From contig MU004181.1 in the NCBI GenBank assembly GCA_010093605.1, positions 3,038,001 to 3,102,000 of the forward strand: DNA of 64,000 nucleotides. Direction: 5' to 3'. This DNA is from Lophium mytilinum (taxonomy: Eukaryota). The position numbers and the translations under genes are program-made. Positions 35,073-48,558 of the stretch are shown here, one piece after another (positions within the stretch are counted from its first letter, which is position 1; every line of letters begins with the position of its first letter). The notes under the pieces are model-generated. The model was given only the letters and a program-made list of their open reading frames with translations, did not search any database and was not told the origin of the DNA.

Positions 35073-37150
35073 TTACCGCATTCCACCTCCACCAGGCATC
35101 ATGCCGTGGAGCTTGGCCGCTAGTTGTGGGTACTTTTCTTGGACCTGTGCAGAGAGTGTAAGTCAGATGTTTGTCAAATGGGGGTTAGGCTCTTGGAGAA
35201 CTTACCTCAAGTTGAGTCCGGGTGGCCTCGGCGTATGACAGAGCATTCACAATTTCACCTTCCGTCCTCGACAGCTCTGCTGCCCGCTCAAAGTACTTTA
35301 GAGCGTCTGTGACTTTGCCTTGCTGCAGGAGGAGCTGGGCCATCGTGGCAACAGCAATGTCGCACTCTGGATCGATGATCAATGCCTTCTGGCAGAGCTT
35401 CTCCGCCTCCGAGAAATCCTGCTTCCACTGGAATAGCGCGAGAGCCTTGTTAATCAGAGGCAAAACGTTCATTCCAAGAGGCTTGGTGGCTTTCTCCATG
35501 TCCACAGCAGTATCAAACTTCTCGATAGCCTCTTGGTACTTTTGCTGGTCTAGCAGAAGCTCGCCATAGTAATTGTAGACATCCGGGACCTTGTCAAAGT
35601 TCTTCATGCATCGTCGAAAAGTAGCCATTGATGACGCAATAGACCCCATCTTGTACTGTGTGACGCCGAGCTGGATGTGTGAGAAGATAAAGTCCTTGTC
35701 GAGATCGATAGATTTCTGGTAGTCCTTGGCCGCTTCCGCGAATTCGCTAAGAATGAAGTGGAGCTGGGCACGGTGGTAGTAGATGTCGGGATCTTCCTTA
35801 TTCTGCTCCATCGCTTGCTCGAAGTCCTGTGCGGCTGCATCCCTATTGCCTACAATATATTAGCTGGGATTCCCAACATTAGAACTTAAACGTGCCTAAC
35901 TCCAAGTGCATGCTCGCGCGTTTGATGAAGCTCTGGGTCAACGACGGGTCTAGCTCTACAGACTTTGTCAAGTCTGCTAGCGCGTCCTGGTTGTCTCCCT
36001 TCAGGTACCGGAAGGTCCCTCGCATATTGTATGCGAAGGCCTCATACTCCCCATTGTCCTCATACGTCAGTGCTTCGTCAAAGGCGTCTGCGGCGTCCGC
36101 GTATCCCTCTGCCGTCTTTTTGCTCAGACCAATGAGTCCAATCCTCAACTGCCCTGGCCCGGAGTCCACGGCGAGCTGCTCGTCCTCTTCCAGTCCTGCT
36201 GGTGGGGGCTTGGGCCGGAAACTCTGTAGATAATTGGTAACAAACGTGGGACTGGGAAGCTTCTTCTCCTTGCCCTCCAGGATAGCGCGACCTTTGGCTT
36301 CTGCGACCTTCTTGAGCAGTCTCTCGACGCTCTGGGCGCTCTGGTCGTTGCGGAACCCATCGATGATGCAGCTCGCAGTATAATCAAGTAAGGCCTCGCT
36401 GAATCGTTCGACCTGCTCATATGCGTTCGCTCTCCGGTTCAAGGCCTTCACGTATTCGTTATCCAAGTTGATAGCCGCAGTTGTATCCTCGATAACCTTG
36501 TCCCAATCTGACATGGCATTCCAGCAAGCGGCACGATTGGAGTAGAAGACAGGGTCCTGTTTGCATAGAATTGCTTTCCCGTATAGGTCGATGGCCTTGT
36601 TGTAGTCCTTAATTCCATAGGCCTTGTTACCGGCAGCCTTGAGCTTCGCAGCATAGTCTTTGCGCTCCTAGTCTGCGTTAGCAATAGCCAACATTATGAA
36701 GACAATGAGACAAACCTCAACGCTCAGCGCGCCAACCGTGCTCTCATCCACCTGGGGCAAATCGTCCTCGCTCTCGACCGCCACTGAAGGCTTTTTCGCC
36801 TCTGTCTTCTGATTAGCCTTCGGCATCCATCAGTCGCATTGGCCCTGGTATGAATCACCTGTCTTAGGCTCCTCTTTTGCCGGCTCCTCCGCTTCCTTCT
36901 TCGCCTTCTTGCGATCCTTCTTGCTTTTTCTCTTCGGGGGCGACCCCGGCGTCGACGCGCCTTTCCCACTATCTGATAGGTAGTATATCGTTCCCGCGGC
37001 GCTCACCACCAGCGTCACACCCGCGATGGTATAAACGACACCCTTGTGCTCACTCGCCCATGTCGATAATCTGTCCCAGAGTGATGACGGCGGCGCTGGG
37101 ATCTCTACGAGGGGGATTGGCCGAGGCTCTCGGGGAATTGGCAGCGACAT
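35073..37150 (-). CDS. TOM70: Mitochondrial import receptor Tom70
   Basis: N-terminal anchor [19 protein letters not shown], TPRs (LKAAGNKAY.., [18 protein letters not shown]), [25 protein letters not shown]; five introns. Confidence 0.95.
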
Positions 37151-37794
37151 GGTGCTAAAGGAGGGACCAAAGGCTAGACAGGAATTAAAAGGCGCGTTCC
37201 TGAACAAGAGTCAAGAACGGGCGCAGCGGGGAGGAAAGAAAGCTGATGGGTGGTGATGGTGTTGTTGGATACAGAGCTGGCACGAGTGGTCGTTAAATTT
37301 CCTAAGGAGAGTCGGAGCTTGCACTCTGCCAAGACATGGAAGGAATTACGTCGTCAAAAAGTCAAGGGAGCCGGCCATCTTCACAACGTTGTCAGCAAGC
37401 AATGAACTGTCTCCAACAAGGTACGTAGTCTGCTATCTTCACTACGCTTTTGCGAAGCCTGTTATAGAGCATGATCTAAAAGACTTCGAGTATCACCTTT
37501 GATCCAGAGTCACGTGATATATATTCTCTTCAACCGTCACCCCTACGAATCTTTTTCCCCAGCATATCTAGACCTATTGCTCCATTTTATACCCTTCTCA
37601 TACCAGAATCAAAATCCTTTTGTCACCGTTGATCAAATTTCTCCTTCTCAATCATAGGTATCCGCGGCCGCCACGTCTTCATCTGCACCTATCCGACTTC
37701 GGACTCGAAATATCCGAGTATCAAAATAACACCTACTGCAGTATATTAAAGACTTTGAAGCACACTCAACTCAACTTGATCATATAGACTCAAG

Positions 37795-38891
37795 ATGGCT
37801 ACATCCTCACCCCCCTTCGAGCTCTTTACCTCCCTCCGCTACGACCCCTCCCTCCTCCAAAGCGCAGAAAATAGCTCGTCAGACTTTAGCTTCTCCTCCC
37901 CAAGTCCTTTTTACATGCTCGTGTACCACCGCGACCGCATGCTAGAAGCCGCGCAGCACTTCGAGTGGAGCGACGTGGCTAAGAAGCTTGAAGACGGGCC
38001 GGCGCTCGCTGACACGCTTCTCGAAAAGGTAGTTGAGTACCAGAAGCGCACGGGGACTGAAGGACCTCTGAAAGTATGACCTCTTAAAAAGCCAGAACTG
38101 TCAATTTCAGTCTTGCCGCAAACATGGCTAATTCAAAAACCAAGATCCGCATCCTCTTCTCCATCACCGCCGCCCTCTCCGTCGAGCTCTCCCCCGTCCC
38201 AGCCGTGCCCCTGTCAACGCTCTACCCGCCCTCCTTCACGCCTCCCACGCCCCCTTCACCACCACATCTAGCCAACGCCTTCAAACCCTCCCCACTAACC
38301 GGCGGCGCCCTAACCCTCGGCCCCACGGACTCGCTCGCAGCCTCTACTCCAAGAGACCTCCAACCCCCAACCTGGACCCTCAAGCTCGACCCCCTCCCAA
38401 CCTCAATCACGCCCTTCACCTCCCTCAAGACCACAGAGCGCACGCACTACGACTCCTCGCGGACCCGCGCCCTGCCCCCGCCCGCCCACTCCTCCCAGCC
38501 CGCGCTGGTGGAAGTCATGCTGCGCAACCCGTGCGACGAGCTTACAGAGGGCAGCATGACGTCGCTGTATCTGTTCCGCGGGGGGCGGTGGGTGACGCCG
38601 CCTGTGGGTGTGCCGGCGGGGCGGTATGCTGAAGAAGTCAAGCCTGGGGATGGCAGCCTGCCGGGGAAAGACGAAGGGGAGTTGCGCACGCCGTTCCCGG
38701 GGCGCTGGGGGCATAGTGTGCGGAGTGCGAAGGTGGGCAGTGGCGGGCAGCGGGGCACGACGAGGCGGTGGGCGCTGGGGAAGGGGTTGTGTATGGAGGA
38801 GCCGGTGTTGGCGGAGACGGTGCAGGTTGGGGAGGGGGTGTGGGTTAGTAATGGGGTGAGAGGGTTTGGGTTTGGGAGGGTGGTGGAGTGA
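37795..38891 (+). CDS. ABZ2: Aminodeoxychorismate lyase-like (aminotransferase class IV)
   Basis: FELFTSLRYDP, YHRDRMLEAAQHF, FTSLKTTERTHYD, ELTEGSMTS, GTTRRWAL, SNGVRGF; intron about 38074-38143. Confidence 0.8.
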
Positions 38892-39076
38892 GGTTAGTGT
38901 TCAGAGATCGAATTGCTAGTGGTCAGTAGTGCAATGCGACCAGGAGTTCATCCCAGACCATTTCAAGCAAACCTCGTTTTTGGCAGTTGCTTTGACCTCG
39001 AAGAATTGGCGGCAGAAGCGAGCGGAGAAGAGGTGTTCGCAGCTTGCGGAACAGGCTATTAGAATAATTTCCCTAT

Positions 39077-41040
39077 CTACGCGATAGACGCGAATTCCCA
39101 TTTCCTAAGGGAGTCCAAATCGATCGTAACGGGTATCTTGTTCTGGACAGCCCAGTCCAAATAACGAACCGCAAGACTTTTCAGACCTTCGCATCTCATG
39201 ACTCTATTTTCGTGATTACCAGCTGCTTCTCGAAGAGACTTGCATTCTCGTTCCAGGACGGCAACCGTCAGTTGGAAGGCCGTTGCAAAGACAAAGGGTG
39301 CGACTTCCCTATTCTCCATATGTGTAGCGTAGCAGATTGTTTGCAGGACGTTAAGTGCATATTTCATCAGCTTAATGCGGTGGTCCTCGATTCTCTGTGG
39401 TGAATTGGCCGGCATTCCATCTACGTTTGTCCATACCATTAAAGTGAGCATATCGCTCAAGAGTAGACGAAGAGACATGATTATCGTCCAGTACATCGTT
39501 ACAGAGTGGTACTCCAGCATATTACGAAAGGTGAGAACAGAGTCCAAATATGACCGAAATTCCCCCTCGTTAATGTTCGACCAAAACAAACCCGAGATGG
39601 GGTTGGTGGCCATGTCATGGTAGAGCGACAGCCACGATGAGAATGAAATCTCACAGATGTTCGTGTTCCAGCGCGCCAGTCGCACTTCAGTGCGAGATAA
39701 GATGTCTTCTGCTGTGTCGTAGAGATCGATTAAAATCTGATTAGAACCCTTGGTATTCAACCCAGGTGCAGTCGACCTTTGGGCAAGCAGCTGGTCAAAT
39801 TGAGCCATGGTGGACACAACAGTAGTGACCTCTATCATGAGAGAATCGACTGAACGGTAGAGCTCGTAGTCAGTACTGAACTTCGGGTTTTCAGCTTCCC
39901 CAAGTGCCAATTTTATCTCTCCGAGCCATGCCGAACGGATGGGTAAGCGTTCTTGCCAGTCGTTCGGCTCCCTTGCTGACAATGTTTGTAACATCTAAGG
40001 CCCTGTCAGTAAGAGAGACTCAGTTCGACTGCCGTGATAAGTCTACGCACAAGAAGCAAGCGCGAAGATGCGAGCAGATGAAAATTGATTTTCGAGTACG
40101 CATGATTTGGGCCGCGGAGAATGATAGCAGCTGCCAGGCAACGTATGTGGTATTCCCAGTTGCGCGAAGCAGGCGACATCTTCATCTTTTGATTGCTTTA
40201 ACGTTAGGGTGGTACTCATAGTGCCTGACGGCTGGGGAGAGAAGGGGGTCGTGTGTGGCTAGAACATACCTCCCAGAACGCCATGACAAGGCAGAAGAAA
40301 GCGAAATGTTGCCAATCATCCTCGGCAATGTCGTGGAATCCGGAATGTACACGTTTCATCTCCGTCAACCTGGCTGACATAGATTGGAGGGCTATGCCAT
40401 AGCTATGAAAGCTACGCCGCACCGACAAGGGGTCGACGTTGGCTGTCCCAAAGTAGCTATATGCTAGAGCATCAACCGCAAAGACAACAGGCGTGCTTGG
40501 CGACAGAGAGCGGTCATAGCCATCAAGTACATTGGAGGAAACCAAGTGGAGGTAATGGCGGAAGAGATGACCGATGGCGTCGAGAGATTGGAAAGGTCGT
40601 GTCCCAAACGAAGCTAGGAAAAAGGCAATGTGCAGATGCGACCGGTCTATGGTCAGGCTTGGACAAAGAACCAGATCCGCATCAGTATTATCGGCCTCGC
40701 AACATGTAAAAGTCGAAATGCCTGAGCTTAGGCGTCCGGGCTGATTTGTGTTCTTAGGCGTCTTTATCTTACTGCGAGCTACAGAGGCCACGCCCAGAGC
40801 TCGCCATCCTTCGCTCAAGAACACAACTTCCTCTCTCCTGTATCCCCCACAGACTTGCTTTCGGTTCTCACAGGCACGACATGTCGGCCGTCTGCCGTCT
40901 ACAGCAGGATTGTCAGCATCAAAACTTATACGTGGCTCGCGATTGGACGGACCGCAGCGCTTCTTGCGAGACACGCAAGTGAGACAGCCCTTTGATCGGG
41001 GAACAGAAGGTAGAGATTTGTCGCTTCCGCAAATAAACAT
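39077..41040 (-). CDS. Zn(II)2Cys6 transcription factor
   Basis: PRSKGCLTCVSRKKRC|DGRRPTCRACENRKQVC after splicing about 40902-40952, followed by a fungal TF middle domain; start codon uncertain. Confidence 0.85.
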
Positions 41041-41434
41041 CAAGCTGGAAGGGGATTATGGAGTCCAAGGGCTAGGGCTGAGGTCGTAGGATATGGTCAT
41101 CCGCATGCTGTATTCGTTAAGAAAAAAGGAACGAGCGTCGTACATTTTTATAGCTGATGAAAGCAATGTCAGAATAGGACAAGGTTGAAGCCTTGCATCG
41201 GTGGCGTGGGACACTAACACTCTTTCAGAAGGCAACGCGATCCCTGTCGACACTTATATCCCAGCATTTTCATTGGCCCTTCGCTTTCGCTGATGGTCTA
41301 ATTGTGCCATATAAGATTCCACTGGGACTCCAGGCGGTAGCATGTACAGCTTTCGTTGGCTTTTCTTTCGCTTTACGTCTCTTCATCATCAAGCAAAGCT
41401 AATTTCTGTCTGTCTGCTTCCCAGCGTCATAATT

Positions 41435-43320
41435 ATGGCTTCAGAAGACAGCTCCCGCCGATCGACCAACATTAATATGGAGAAATCAGAGCAATCGTAT
41501 CCAGAAAACGCTTTGGTTGAACATGTTGCAGACGACCCAGAACAGAATACAATCCAAGTAAATCCGGATGACCAGCCAGAAGAAACTTCCTCAGACAAAT
41601 ATCTGGGATGGCCAAGGCTGTTGTTTATTGGGATTGGACTATGGTTCGCCGTGTTCTTGTACTCTCTTGTGAGTATCTGACCGCAGTCTTAACGCTCGCC
41701 CAGTTATTCTAGAAAGCTGACTTTTGCGGAAACTATATGCAGGACCAAACCATCGTGTCCAATGCAATTCCGAGCATTACGGACGATTTCCACAGTACAT
41801 CGGACGAGGGATGGTACGGAAGTAGTATGTGAACTCTATGGGCCTCCAGACCTAGTGCTTTTCTCTAACGCACCGCAACTGAAATCCAGGCTACCTCTTG
41901 ACAACATCGGCGTTCCAGCTCTTTTACGGCCGTGTCTACTCAAACTTCTCGATCAAGTACACAATGCTCACCGCGATATTTATCTTCGAGCTCGGGTCGT
42001 TGATCTGTGGCGTCGCGCCCAACAGCAACGCCCTTATCGCCGGCCGCGCGACTGCCGGTGTAGGTTGTGCCGGAATAGCATCAGGAGCCTACATCATCAT
42101 TGGCCACGTATTCCCTCTACGCATTCGCCCCATATGTATTTCCTCTATCGCCATGGTGTTTGCCGTCGCCGCCGTTCTGGGACCTGTTCTGGGAGGAATC
42201 TTCACTACCAACCTAACCTGGCGGTGGTGCTTTTATATCAACTTGCCGTTTGGTGGCTTCACTATGGTCGCTCTCCTTTTCTTTCTGCCGCCGCATAAGC
42301 GTCCAGAGCTCAGCTCCGTCTGCCTAGCTGAGAAGCTCAAGAGGATTGATATCATTGGCTTGCTCATTTTCATACCTGCCATTACGTGCCTTTTGCTTGC
42401 TCTCCAGTGGGGTGGCTCGACCTATTCTTGGACAAGTGGCCGGATCGTGGCATTGTTTGTGCTCTTCGGCGTGCTAGGCATCGCATTCATTGCCTTCGAA
42501 TACTGGAAAGGTGCCGAAGCTACCTTACCCATCCACATTATCACGCAAAGGAGCGTCGCGGCAGCCGCGTGGAACGCCTTCTGTAACGGAGCCGCATTTT
42601 TCCTCCTTGTTTACTATATCCCTTTCTGGCAACAAGTAATCCGCAATGCCAGTGCTGCCTCGTCCGGCGTCAGCCTGCTTCCCTTTGTCTTAGGGGTAGT
42701 GGTCATGGCCAATTTGGCCGGGTTCCTTGTCATGAAATTTGGATACTGTAGGTCATTCCGGCTTCGGTAAACGTGCATCGAACCTAGACAGCTAATTGCT
42801 GGTAATCGTAGATGCCCCATTCATGTTACTCTCCTCCATCATCACGCCCATCGGAGAGGGCCTGATGACAACCTGGGCTGTGAATACGGGCTTTTCCCAG
42901 TGGGTTGGCTTCCAAGCATTGACAGGCCTGGGTATTGGAATGGGCCAGCAACAACCCCAGGTCGCGATCCAGACTGTTTTGCCTGAAGCAGATATCCCCG
43001 CGGGGGTCTCTATCGTCGTGCTCGTCCAAACGTTGAGTGGCGCCATTTTCATAGCGATCGGACAGGCTGTGCTTCAGAACAAACTCGTGCAGAACCTTGA
43101 AGCAGCATTTCCGAATGGTAGACTCGATACATCCCGTCTCTCTACCGTGGGCGCGACCCAGCTGCGATCTCTAGTACCTCCTCAAGACCTGCAAGCAGTT
43201 CTGGTAGCCTATAATAGCGCCTTGACTCGCGTATTCATAGTTGCGGTGGTCATGTCGTCCCTCACTGTTGTCGGGAGCCTTGCGATTGAGTGGAATAGTG
43301 TCAAGAAGGCTAAGAAGTAG
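41435..43320 (+). CDS. MFS drug/toxin:H+ antiporter (DHA2 type)
   Basis: [62 protein letters not shown]; three introns. Confidence 0.93.
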
Positions 43321-43765
43321 CAGCTTGGAAGAATCTTGCGTACTGAAAAACGAGTAGACTTTGAAAGAGTATATAGATGTCGGCAAAGCAGGGGAAATGG
43401 GCGGAAGAGGTAGGCTAGGAACACTGCTGCCAGAGCGCGGGCGGTTTGGTCTACCGTAGCCTTAGTCGTCACGTGGTACTTAGCACTTCGTACGGAGTAG
43501 TGTTATGCCGTCGCCTAGTAAGTAGACAAAAAGCTATTCTTGAAGGTTTCGAAATATGTTTGTTGGAATGGATACGGAATTGAAAACAGAACTTGACTTG
43601 AAATGTTTAGAAAGAATTGAGATTGGGTACTAATCTGTGAGGTGCATGATTTAATGCAATCTTGAGAAAAGTGAAGAAGTACATGGCGCTGAAAGACGCT
43701 GCAATACCACTACTAAGAAAACACTGAAGTCAGCCAATTACAGCATCCGCCATACTTACCTTCCC

Positions 43766-45400
43766 TTACACAACAGAGATCTTCACCCAACTTTTTCTCT
43801 GTCCAGCTATTGCAACGCAGCCGCAGTCATTTTGTGCAATGCTGTTCCACTTCGGATAGCCCCAGGCGCATCCGAACACATTCGCCAGACCTGTACAGGT
43901 CATGACGACGTCGTTATCCTTGTCGCCATCCATCATGGTCATAATACAGCCGCACGTTTGGCACCCAATAACCATCCCATCCCTTGCGTATATATTGATC
44001 TCGGCTTCGGCGTTGCTAGCAACCCACCAATCCGTAGGTCCGACCCTGTGCTTGCGAGAAGGAAAGTAGGTCTGGCTGTTTCCTGGGAAATTGAATGTGT
44101 CCAACATGCCAACATTAGAGTCTACATACTGTGGTTGTCCCTCTGGCCATAACTCATGGGGAAGAACTTCCAGCTGATCAGACGGCCGGCGCATCCTGTC
44201 GTCCTCTTTCTTGGCAATAGCGTCGCCGACAAGGAACTCGAATTTGTAGGTGCCAGGTTGAGGATCGGCATCCTTTTTCAACCAGCTCCAAGGATCGCCC
44301 GGGTTTTGAGACTTTTTGCCGTTCGTGTTTTTGGGATGGTCGTTCACGGTGAAACAATTGCGGCATTGACGCTGCTCCAGCACGAAATTAGTGTCGAATT
44401 CGAGAATCGCTTTCTTGCACTGTTGACACGGAACTGTCAACTTATCCCCGTCAATCTTGATTTGCTGGTTGGCAACCCAGGGATGGGTGGTTCCATTGTT
44501 CTGCTGATTGCCGAACAAGGCAGTAGAAGTCCAATTGTTGCTTTTCTCTATACCACGCGGTCCGAAACTCATCGTTTGGACTGGCTCCTTTAAGATGACA
44601 TCTCTCAAAGATACCGGTACGTTATCAATGAATGCCGTCTTACCGTCGCTATCTGGACAAGTCTTGTAGTTAGGCTGGTGGTCCTTGTCTTTCTTGTAGA
44701 AGTCCTCGCAGAAGTGGCACCACATATACTCGTCAATGTCGGGGCGTCTAAGATTTGGTTCTTTGAGTATGTTCTTCGCCTCCCAACTTGCCTCCCACTT
44801 CCAAATTTTGGCTTCCCAATCCTTTTCCTTGTAAAGACGTTGAGGTACAGGACAGCCTTTGGTAAGATGTTGATTGGAACCGCAGTGCGCGCAGAAAGTG
44901 AACTTGTCATAGGCGGCATGTATCTTATCCTTGGCACCGTCGTCAAATTTCTTTTTGAATGGGCAATTGTTTACCGTATGGGTTGTACCGGTCTCCTTGC
45001 ACCACGTACATATTAAAACTTTGTTTAGTTGCATGGTCAGGCCGGTAGGAACGTTTTCCACCTTCTTTGCCCAAGGACACTTGATGGGTAGGTGGTAAGG
45101 ATTGGTGCAACCGCAACGGTCTTCCTCTGCGACGAGGGTAGCAGCACACCTTTCGGTCGGGTGGCCGTAAGTCCAGCAGGTCCCGCATGGATCGCCTTTT
45201 GGTTGCTTCTCTTTATTCTCCTTCTTGTCATCCTTTTTGCCATGGTTTTTCTCATGCTTGGAGTCGTTCCGTTGTTGGCGGCCGTTTCTCTGACCTTGTT
45301 TTTGGTTATTTCTAGGATGATCATTTCTTCCATTTTGATCGTTCCAGCCTCCGCGGTTCCCGCGATTGCCGCCGCGTCCGCCCCTTCCACCTCTACCCAT
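43766..45400 (-). CDS. RGG-box, multi zinc-knuckle (CCHC-like) protein
   Basis: MGRGGRGGRGGNRG; CGTCWTYGHPTERC, CGCTNPYHLPIKC, CTWCKETGTTHTVNNC, CAHCGSNQHLTKGC, CHFC..H..C, a CQQC/CRNC pair and a Cys-rich C-terminus. Confidence 0.75.
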   Translation of the reverse strand: MGRGGRGGRGGNRGNRGGWNDQNGRNDHPRNNQKQGQRNGRQQRNDSKHEKNHGKKDDKKENKEKQPKGDPCGTCWTYGHPTERCAATLVAEEDRCGCTNPYHLPIKCPWAKKVENVPTGLTMQLNKVLICTWCKETGTTHTVNNCPFKKKFDDGAKDKIHAAYDKFTFCAHCGSNQHLTKGCPVPQRLYKEKDWEAKIWKWEASWEAKNILKEPNLRRPDIDEYMWCHFCEDFYKKDKDHQPNYKTCPDSDGKTAFIDNVPVSLRDVILKEPVQTMSFGPRGIEKSNNWTSTALFGNQQNNGTTHPWVANQQIKIDGDKLTVPCQQCKKAILEFDTNFVLEQRQCRNCFTVNDHPKNTNGKKSQNPGDPWSWLKKDADPQPGTYKFEFLVGDAIAKKEDDRMRRPSDQLEVLPHELWPEGQPQYVDSNVGMLDTFNFPGNSQTYFPSRKHRVGPTDWWVASNAEAEINIYARDGMVIGCQTCGCIMTMMDGDKDNDVVMTCTGLANVFGCAWGYPKWNSIAQNDCGCVAIAGQRKSWVKISVV

Positions 45401-48400
45401 GCTGGTCACTGTTACAAAGTAGACTAGTCGTCAGCACGGCTTAATGTAGGCAATGGGTTGCTTTAGGCGTGTACTGCCTCTCGGTAACGATATTTTCGCG
45501 CAGCAAAGTATCGATATTGCTACAGAAGAGATAGTTTGCTCGAAGGTCGTGATCGTAGCGCTCAAGGATGCAACAGTACTCAGGTATGCTATTTAGCCAG
45601 CGTCGACTTGGAGAGTGGAGATATTTCATTACTGAGACAATTGCTTTGTGCCAGTTCTTTGTTTGCTGCGACAGCAGTAAAGGCTTTGAGAAGTACAAGA
45701 GAGATGAAAGAAGTGGCAAGAGGTGGAGAAAGTCAAGAACCTCCCATGTCTTTGAGAGACAAAGGATGCGAACAATAGCATTGTTGAGATATTTCGTCTT
45801 TGAAGGCAAGTGGATGCCAAAGTCTAACTTGCCTAGTGCTCCGATCTCAACGCTCAATCAAGAGAAAGAGAAGCTGGCGTTGTCTGCAAGGCTGTCTAGC
45901 TTCCCGCGAAATGATTTTGGGTTGCTCAAAAGACTTTTAGCTCAAGATGTGGGCCCATAAGTATAGAGCTATGCTATCGCAGGCGGCTTTCGGAAAGCAC
46001 AAACACACATACTAACAATCATTACCTCACTGCTCCAATACAGTGGCTGATAGGCGGCTGGAGGATTGATGAGGCTGTGCTGATGATGCTGTCGTGTTTG
46101 TGAGTCCCCAAGACCTTGACTGTGCGGAGTACGCGTGCTAATGCGAGAGCTGATGTTAGCGTTGTTGGTGTTGAATATAAACCTTGAATTCTGTGGAGAT
46201 TGAGGCACCACGTCAGAGACCGACGGCATTCGCTGTGGAAGAATCGTCAAGGTACAACACTGTTGGAGGGAGGAAGCAAGGAGCTCTGAGCAGGCTAGAT
46301 TCGCGTAAAGAGACTTTGGAGTGGGCAAGGCGGGCCAAGTTGTTCTACAAGTCAAAACATGCACCAACTTCCAAGTACGTCCACTCACAAGCACCTTGAA
46401 GTTAGTGTGTGTCTCTTAGTCTTGTTTAGGTCCCTATTTGCGTGTTAACTGGCATGCTGGGTCGCATGGAGGAGAGCGAACGGTTGAGGTGTCAGCCTTG
46501 AGGCTATCTACGCCGTGCGGACGTCTTGACCGCGCCGCCGCCACCAACACCACCGAACTCAGAGCGAGGGAGAAAACGGACAAGCTAGAAGCCGGCTTAT
46601 AATGATGAGGCACGGAGGCCGAGATGGGGTTACTTCTTGCACGTTTCGGACGTTGATGAGCCATGGTTGATGAAACGATTAGCCGGCTCGACAGGGCGAG
46701 ATGGTTCGGAAGCTGCTAGTTAGCTACGGCAAGGCGCAAGGTCAAGAATGGGGAGGTAGGGGAGCTTGGAGTTTCGACTGATGGTGTTGAGGTTTGGCGT
46801 GCTGAAACGATGTTTCTGTCATGCAAGCTCCGACACTGGTTCGCAACAAGGGGTCTAGAGGCGTGCAGGGTTTCGAAACAAGAGCCTCGATAGATTGCCA
46901 GAGGGATGATGCAGAACACGACAGGTCGCAGAGCGGAAATCGACAGTGAGCACGACGTGAGGATGCCCAGGATTGTTGGTGCACTTGGTGCGAAACAGGC
47001 GACGCCTTCGCTCGGCGGCGAGGAATCAATGGCGGCTGGGACGCGAGGGTATCTTAGTATTGCCGCCCCATCGTAACTCGGCCACAAGAAATATTTTGCT
47101 TTGGCCGGATGGCATGGTTCCCCAGAGATTGCACTACAGAAGGCCCGTTTATCCACAGCCGGAAGCGTCAAGCAGAGACGGATACAGTGCGGCAACAGCC
47201 TCCAGCAGGCGCAACTTCGACGAGAAAGACAAGGACAAGGTACAGCGGAGGGAGAGCGGCACAGGCAAGAGAAACGCGGCTAAGGCACGACGACGGGGCG
47301 TGACCCGCGTGGCGTGCGCGATTAATTTGCTGGCTATGCAGCCGAGAGCGGCCAGTTTGCTGAGAATGGATATCTCCGCATTGAGTTTGTTTAAGGTGCA
47401 TACTGAGCCCATCTAGGTGCATATTGGCCCACTGCAACACCACGCTAGCCGGCTGTGGTACGATTTGGCGGCATTTGCGCGCTTCATTCTGGCCTCGGAC
47501 TCCACGGACTGTCTGACGCGTCGGCCGCACCACGACCCTGGCGTCCCGCAATACGGAGTTAGCTACCTGACTGAAGAACTGTTTGAAGACGTCCTGACCT
47601 GCTTCGTGAAACTTTTCGAGGCCGGGAATCTGCATGCCTGAGGCCATTCTGAGTGCTGCTGCGAAGCCCGCTGACCAACTCACCACCCTTCGCCGCACCC
47701 ACTCCAAGGCATGCGCAATGGCGGAGTCGTCGACGTACATACCAATTGGGCGTCTACACGACGGCAGGCGGGCATGCGGCTCAGCAGCGAGGCGTTCTGG
47801 AAAGCCACCAAAAAACCTCCATGTTCTGACCGTCTGCCCTCGGCCTCAGCACGGATCTCCCACGTTGTCGTGCGTGGCCAAATAGCCTGTGTTTCTACCC
47901 TCGCCGTGTCCGTTTCGAGGCAAGTTTTGGAGGCGGGTGCCGGCTAGGAGGCTGGCCTTGTTGGTGGCACAACCTAGGATTTTTAGAAGCCCACGAAGCC
48001 TTGCACCTCCTGCACCTCGCTTCAAGGATCAATCACTGCCGTCGGGCATGAGCTCGAGTCGACTGCAATCTAGCTTCCGCCGGGATGGCTCCTGCAGCCT
48101 GTCGTGCGTAGTGGGGAGGATGCTTTGTATAAGATGGCGCGAGCTCCTCTCTGCGTCCAAAGGCACTTACTGTTCATACTACCGTGGAGCCTCGAGGTCG
48201 CATACATATTCCCCTTAGTCGCCCTTCTTCCTTCTCCCTTCTCCCTTCTCTTAATCTTGCGTCGTGGTGTTTCTTTTCCGAGTGCCTCAGGTAGATTCGT
48301 CCCGATTCGCGCTGTGTGAAACCATACTTCTCAACTGGATTTAAATGTATGGAAACACTCCCAGCGTCGGCGCCTAAGTGCGGAGACTAACGGTACACCC

Positions 48401-48558
48401 AGATCGGCCTTTCCTCTTTTCTCTGTGTTGTTCCTTCCATATAAGACGAGCTGCAACTGCTACCGCGTGTTTGAGATTTAAAAAGCCCCATACGTTCTTC
48501 ATTCTTCGTCTTCTACATCGAACACGCCCTTCAACAACACTGCCAAAAGTCATCCAGC

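Noticed and set aside
1809..37150. Mitochondrial gene cluster (AAC, QCR8, BCS1-like, NIPSNAP, TOM70)
   Set aside because: Spread over 35 kb among unrelated genes, with no shared motif identified; plausibly chance.
46973..47885. Overlapping ORFs of 70-190 aa on both strands
   Set aside because: No recognisable motif or coherent splice model; may be a degraded gene, but I cannot support it.
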